Of a stretch of DNA of 64,000 bases, positions 59,751-64,000 are shown piece after piece. The notes under the pieces were generated by a model. That model did no database searches and was not told the DNA's origin. It saw nothing but the letters and a program-made list of their open reading frames with translations. This DNA comes from Candidatus Latescibacterota bacterium (GTDB lineage: Bacteria; Latescibacterota; UBA2968; GCA-2709665). Each line of letters begins with the position of its first letter. Within the stretch, counting starts at the first letter, position 1. The position numbers and the translations under genes are program-made. Where the stretch lies: contig OZ244744.1 in the NCBI GenBank assembly GCA_965219455.1, forward strand, positions 1,152,001 to 1,216,000. The letters run 5' to 3'.

Positions 59751-60122
59751 ATGGAACCTCTTCACGTCGGTGCCCAACTCGATGATCTTCGGTACCTGCG
59801 GGACGGTTGGCTTGATGGCGAAGGTAAAACGCCGCCAGCTGATGGCCTCGATTGGTTAAGAGGCGCATTCGAGTGCAATTACCCCGATAAATTACCTCTG
59901 CCGCACCTTTATCCCACAGAGACGGGTGGAGTTCACGCCGAGTGGTCCCTCGACCCGAACGAGATCACCCTTGATGTGAACCTCGGAACCCGTTTGGGCG
60001 AATGGCATATCCTCAATATGACGTCCGACGACGCCACCAAGCGCACATTGAATTTTAATGATGCCGCCGATTGGCAATGGCTGATTGATCGGATTAAGGG
60101 TATGTTTGGTGGCGGCGTATGA
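59751..60122 (+). CDS. Hypothetical protein, possibly a C-terminal fragment
   Basis: LDDL..LRDGWLDGEG..P and P.LYPT..GGV.AEW motifs. Confidence 0.55.
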   Translation: MEPLHVGAQLDDLRYLRDGWLDGEGKTPPADGLDWLRGAFECNYPDKLPLPHLYPTETGGVHAEWSLDPNEITLDVNLGTRLGEWHILNMTSDDATKRTLNFNDAADWQWLIDRIKGMFGGGV

Positions 60123-60210
60123 CCTGCAGAAATAAACGTCTACGGAAGGTGAACCTCCGCCGGTATCGCGAAAAACCTCAATTGTACACGATAAGTACCG
60201 CGCGACACAT

Positions 60211-60525
60211 GGGCATTGTGCATTTCAAGAAAAATGGGTAGCCACGACTCATTGAAGCGCGCAGGATATTTACTCATCAAAGAGGAGAAAACGTCTTCAA
60301 AAAAATGCCGACGGTCGACGTAGAGAATTCGCAGGACCTGTTTCCTGTTTCATGGAAGGAAGCGAAATTGTTCGACCCGATTCAGCTTGCCGGGGCCTGG
60401 CCTGGCAATGAACCGATCGAGCAACTCCTCGCCGAGCTTGATTGAATCTACCGATCATGTCCCGATTTCTCCTGGATACCAGCATGAACGAGATCTGGCT
60501 CGAATCTGTCCACATAGGTCATTAA
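60211..60525 (+). pseudogene. Second decayed antitoxin plus internally deleted PIN gene
   Basis: 235-bp paralog of 59357-59591 with CAG changed to TAG; then MSRFLLDTS-MNEIWLESVHIGH* at 60457-60525. Confidence 0.7.
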
Positions 60526-60987
60526 TATTATTGGTTTTGGCGACGGATTTGTTAGAGCAGGATTGAACGATGGTAGGCGAACGTCGCGAAGGGTGCGGCG
60601 TTTCTGGTGAGGGAAATTCAGATGGCGAACGCGCGGTTCTGGAAGAGATTCTCGGCGGCGTGGATCGATAGTCTCGTCACCGCCGGATTAGAGACGATGC
60701 TAATAATCCCGTTGCTAGTTTATGTTGGTGTTACCCCGGTTTAGACCGCTCGATTTTAATACAACACTTGGAATGGATTATTGATGAAGAATTGTTATTC
60801 GCTTCTGGACCGGTACAAACTTGGGATGGAATGACTGATCCGATTATTCAACGATTAACCTCGCGTGGGCAACTATGGCTATTAGATAATTATGATTAAT
60901 AGTATAAAAATGAAACATAATCATTAAGAAGAGTATCCAAGTTACGAATCCACAAGAATCGAGGATCGTAACGCAAGGAGGTCGAAG

Positions 60988-61167
60988 ATGGCAAAAGGTG
61001 CACGTGGTGGTGGAGGTGGTAAAGGTGGAGGCAGCAGTAGGGGCGGAGGAGGTAGTAAGGGTGGATCTGACAGCAAGGGCAGTGGTGGTTGGCCGTCCAC
61101 TAAGGCCGGACAAGAGAGTGGGAGCGGAAGGACCAATAACCCACCGGGAACGGGTGGCAGAAAGTAA
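60988..61167 (+). CDS. 59-aa Gly/Ser/Lys-rich microprotein with GWPST...SG.GR.NNPP motif
   Basis: Strong SD aaggaggt, ATG 60988, TAA 61165 and a downstream terminator. Below the ORF-track length cutoff. Confidence 0.65.
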   Translation: MAKGARGGGGGKGGGSSRGGGGSKGGSDSKGSGGWPSTKAGQESGSGRTNNPPGTGGRK

Positions 61168-61190
61168 CTGATTCCATAACCGCCAAGACG

Positions 61191-61228
61191 AAGCCCCTGG
61201 GCAATATTTCCCAAGGGCTTTTTGTTTT
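61191..61228 (+). terminator. Rho-independent terminator
   Basis: aagcccctggg-caatattt-cccaagggctt stem-loop followed by a T-tract. Confidence 0.65.
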
Positions 61229-61540
61229 GGGGTTGTCTGGACTTGACAAAACCTCCACGGGATGCTGATTCGACGCCTGATTCGAACGAGACTCAAGGGG
61301 CATCCAGATTCAGATAAAATATGGCTCGTACGTGACAACAGATGCGATGTCCCGGTTCAGTATTCAGATTCGACATCGACCCGCCGATTCCAACTCCCAC
61401 CCGTTTAACCTATCCCTCCGCCACTCCCCGGCTCGAAGCCCTTGTCCGTGACAATCTACTCGCAATAGCCATCAATTTCCAATCGTATTGGCAGCACGTC
61501 GCCAGGAAAGCAGCCACCCTACCGTCGCTTTCTTGCAAGA

Positions 61541-64000
61541 TTACGCGCTCTCAGGCTCGAACACCATTTCCGGCACCACAACTTCCCAGGTATCGCATTT
61601 TGCGTGTTCGCGGTACTCCGGTTCCGATGCTTCGCGGCTCCAGGTTACGACCGCGTAGACCGTGGCGGACGTGCACCGCGTTTCCGCCGGCGGTTCAAAC
61701 GCCTGTGCAAGACGCCCCACGAACGTACCCGACCGGTCCAGCAATTCCCAGGTTCCCGTATCGGTAATCCGCGTCCACAGCCGATCGCCTGGTGACAGGG
61801 CGCCTATCGCACGATGTACCGGATGACTCGAGTTTTGCCGCCCGGCGAAACCCAGGTTGACCTCACTCAGACTGGGTCGACGGTATTGACGTGCGAGTTC
61901 CATGTCATTCTTCGGGACGGCTACGGGCTCGCGGTGCAAAATCGTACCGTTATTGGGAAACTTATAGGGCAGCGAATGGAGTCGCTCCCCGTACGCCGGG
62001 GGTGCGGGCTCTCTAACCAGGCCCGACCGTGTGGAACCTTCAGACCGGTGCGAACCCTGAAAACGGACAAGTGCGAGCGTTTGCCTGGCGCGTGTCATGG
62101 CCACGTAGTAGAGCCTGCGCGGCGCGTCGGGGTCTTCGCCCCGGTCAACCCTGTCCCAGCCGCCGTCGAGCACCACAATGTGATCGAACTCAAGTCCCTT
62201 GGCGCGGTGCGCGGTCGACAGCAATAGCCGGCGCTGGCGGCGACGTACATCCCGCCCCCATTCTGCCAGCCACTCGATGAAGTGGTCCACAGGCACTTCC
62301 GCGCCCCCGGTTTCCAGCGCGTGTTCGTCGAGCGCCTGCCGGAGCATTTCAATCCATGGCCCTGGGGGACGAGTATCCATCCAGCCATTCAGAGCCGCAC
62401 CATCAACAAGACGGGTATCCGGTCCCCTCAGCCATTCAACGAATGCGCGGGTCTCCCGCAGGTGCCAGAAACTCGGGATTCCCTCATTCGCCATTTGTGC
62501 CGGGATACCATTGACTTCGCAAAACGCACGCACCGGATCCAGGTATTTCCACTCGCGAGCGATCACCGCACACGTAGACCAATCCCAATTGGGCGAGAAT
62601 GCGGCGAGACGCTGCAACTCTGTCATCGCGATCTGTGCTTGCCAAATCGGATCGGGCATGGCAGGCAGAATCTGGACCCGACCTCGGGCGACCGGGTCCA
62701 GCGTCTCCCAGTCGCCACCGGGCGGATTTTTCGAACGCGCACGGTCGATCCGGATGGGGTGTTCGATCTTCAACCGTTCTCGCGCCGTCTTGATCAGTGC
62801 GTTGGCGGCCGCGATAACGTGGCCGGTGGAGCGGTAATTGTCAACCAGGTGGCTGGGTCTTGGCCCGTAATCCGTTTCGAAACGCCGGATGAACTCCACC
62901 GAGGCGCCGTTGAAGGCGTAGATGTTCTGATCGTCGTCGCCAACAGCGAAGAGGGTGAGTTTTCGATCTTCATCCTCAAGGGTTCGTCCGGCCAGCGCCG
63001 ATATCAATTCATATTGTTCCGCACCGATGTCCTGGTATTCGTCCACAAGGATCCAGCGGAAACCCCTGAGAAGCCGTTCCCGCTGATCGTCGGCTTCCTC
63101 CGGCTCCAGACCCTCGCCGCGCAGCAGCGCCACCGCCTGGCGCAACACCTCCCGAAATGCATCTTCGTCGAGCGGCCGCTTCTCTCGCTCCTGAAAGCTC
63201 ACCCCGACAAGACGCATGGCCAGGGCGTGGCAAGTTAGCACGGTGACCCCACGTGCGTCGTCGCCGATCAAATCCATCAGCCGTCGCCGGATCTCTACCG
63301 CAGCATGCCTGTTGTAGGCCAGCGCCAGTATGCCGCGTGGATTCTCGCGCCTTGCACGGACAAGGTAGGCGATGCGATGCACCAACACGCGCGTCTTGCC
63401 GGACCCGGGTCCCGCAAGTACCAGTACACTTGTCTGCTCCCGGTCATCCGCGACGATACGTTGTTGGATGGGATTCTTCAGGCTCTCGACGATGGCTCGC
63501 CACGACTCTGGCGTGGTTTCGCGCTCGAGCTCCTTATTTCGATCCGGCAGCCATCGGCGTAGGAAATCCTGCTGTGAAAGGTTGAAGTAATCCAGTGCCA
63601 ATCGCAGAGCGTCGGCCATATTGTCGAGCCCACGTTGAGCGAATTCGGCCATCACGTGGATCTGCACCGCCTGTCCCTTATAGTGGAGCCTGAGCGGTTC
63701 GAAGTCGGTCTTGGCAAAGCCTCGCCTCTCATCTTCCAATTTGATGGTCATCGCAGGACGGAATACCGCGAGGCCCTTGTTGAGGCGGATAACCTCCTGC
63801 TCGTGCAGCCACAGGAGGGCACGGTCCAGGAGTTTTTCGGGGTTCTTACTCTTCAGGACAATATCGGACGTGATCGCATTCAACAGCTTACCGAGGGTTG
63901 TCTCGGCGAGCAGGTCCGTGCCGCGAGTGTTGGGCGGCAGACATGACAGCAGGTGGTCAAGCAGAAGTTTCGCCCCCTCCCGCCTGCGCGACGCGAGTTC
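61541..64000 (-). CDS. UvrD/SF1 helicase module of a larger, probably RecQ-UvrD fusion, helicase (5' part outside the window)
   Basis: Frame is open to the window edge. Contains LAGPGSGKT, VDEYQD, VGDDDQNIY, NYRS, TAHRAKGLEF and RRLYYVAMTRA. Confidence 0.85.
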   Translation of the reverse strand, partial: ELASRRREGAKLLLDHLLSCLPPNTRGTDLLAETTLGKLLNAITSDIVLKSKNPEKLLDRALLWLHEQEVIRLNKGLAVFRPAMTIKLEDERRGFAKTDFEPLRLHYKGQAVQIHVMAEFAQRGLDNMADALRLALDYFNLSQQDFLRRWLPDRNKELERETTPESWRAIVESLKNPIQQRIVADDREQTSVLVLAGPGSGKTRVLVHRIAYLVRARRENPRGILALAYNRHAAVEIRRRLMDLIGDDARGVTVLTCHALAMRLVGVSFQEREKRPLDEDAFREVLRQAVALLRGEGLEPEEADDQRERLLRGFRWILVDEYQDIGAEQYELISALAGRTLEDEDRKLTLFAVGDDDQNIYAFNGASVEFIRRFETDYGPRPSHLVDNYRSTGHVIAAANALIKTARERLKIEHPIRIDRARSKNPPGGDWETLDPVARGRVQILPAMPDPIWQAQIAMTELQRLAAFSPNWDWSTCAVIAREWKYLDPVRAFCEVNGIPAQMANEGIPSFWHLRETRAFVEWLRGPDTRLVDGAALNGWMDTRPPGPWIEMLRQALDEHALETGGAEVPVDHFIEWLAEWGRDVRRRQRRLLLSTAHRAKGLEFDHIVVLDGGWDRVDRGEDPDAPRRLYYVAMTRARQTLALVRFQGSHRSEGSTRSGLVREPAPPAYGERLHSLPYKFPNNGTILHREPVAVPKNDMELARQYRRPSLSEVNLGFAGRQNSSHPVHRAIGALSPGDRLWTRITDTGTWELLDRSGTFVGRLAQAFEPPAETRCTSATVYAVVTWSREASEPEYREHAKCDTWEVVVPEMVFEPESA

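Larger units (their letters stand above)
36884..64000. other. Defence island (right end outside the window)
   Basis: Visible drop in GC and third-position bias; R-M, STAND, TA and helicase genes; pseudogenes. Confidence 0.8.

Noticed and set aside
36974-60671. In-frame TAG codons in three small island genes, suggesting amber recoding or pyrrolysine
   Set aside because: Core genes (ndk, fabG, acpP, glmL) end at TAG in the expected places and no pyl genes are present. Two of the three affected loci are also truncated or partnerless, so pseudogenisation is simpler.
60844-61338. Minus-strand Pro/Thr-rich ORFs (60844-61338, 60942-61214)
   Set aside because: Antisense to the Gly-rich plus-strand ORF, which has the SD and terminator.

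Overview
Bacterial chromosomal window, probably from a GC-rich diderm; the gene content loosely suggests an FCB-group lineage such as Latescibacterota or Gemmatimonadota (inference only). Positions 1-36.5 kb are host backbone, all on the + strand. They carry a penicillin-acylase family gene, ndk-yceD-rpmF-fabH-fabD-fabG-acpP-fabF (no plsX), rnc and a lipoate-ligase gene whose start is split by a MITE. Next is an ~18 kb operon in which an uncharacterised module is interleaved with a complete Opp/Dpp peptide ABC transporter and followed by a peptidase/propeller/Omp85-like protein. That module comprises a GlmL-like actin-fold ATPase, a barrel-sandwich protein, two DUF6754-like proteins and several membrane proteins. 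UbiA, DUF362, APH-like, AIR-synthase-like, Fe-ADH and LarA-like genes follow, and intergenic spaces hold several MITE/REP families. Positions ~36.9-64 kb are a lower-GC defence island. It contains a 1763-aa tandem STAND ATPase coupled to an inactive-STAND/HEPN-motif protein and a Type I R-M locus. The hsdS-hsdR slot holds two stacked cargo cassettes (vsr-dcm-MORC/His-kinase-receiver, and an ART-like + DUF6575-like pair) separated by a recombination scar. HsdR carries a LexA/S24-like C-terminal domain. The island ends with decayed TA modules, a Gly-rich microprotein and a partial RecQ/UvrD-type helicase. No rRNA, tRNA or CRISPR array was seen. All family assignments come from motif recognition by eye, not database searches.
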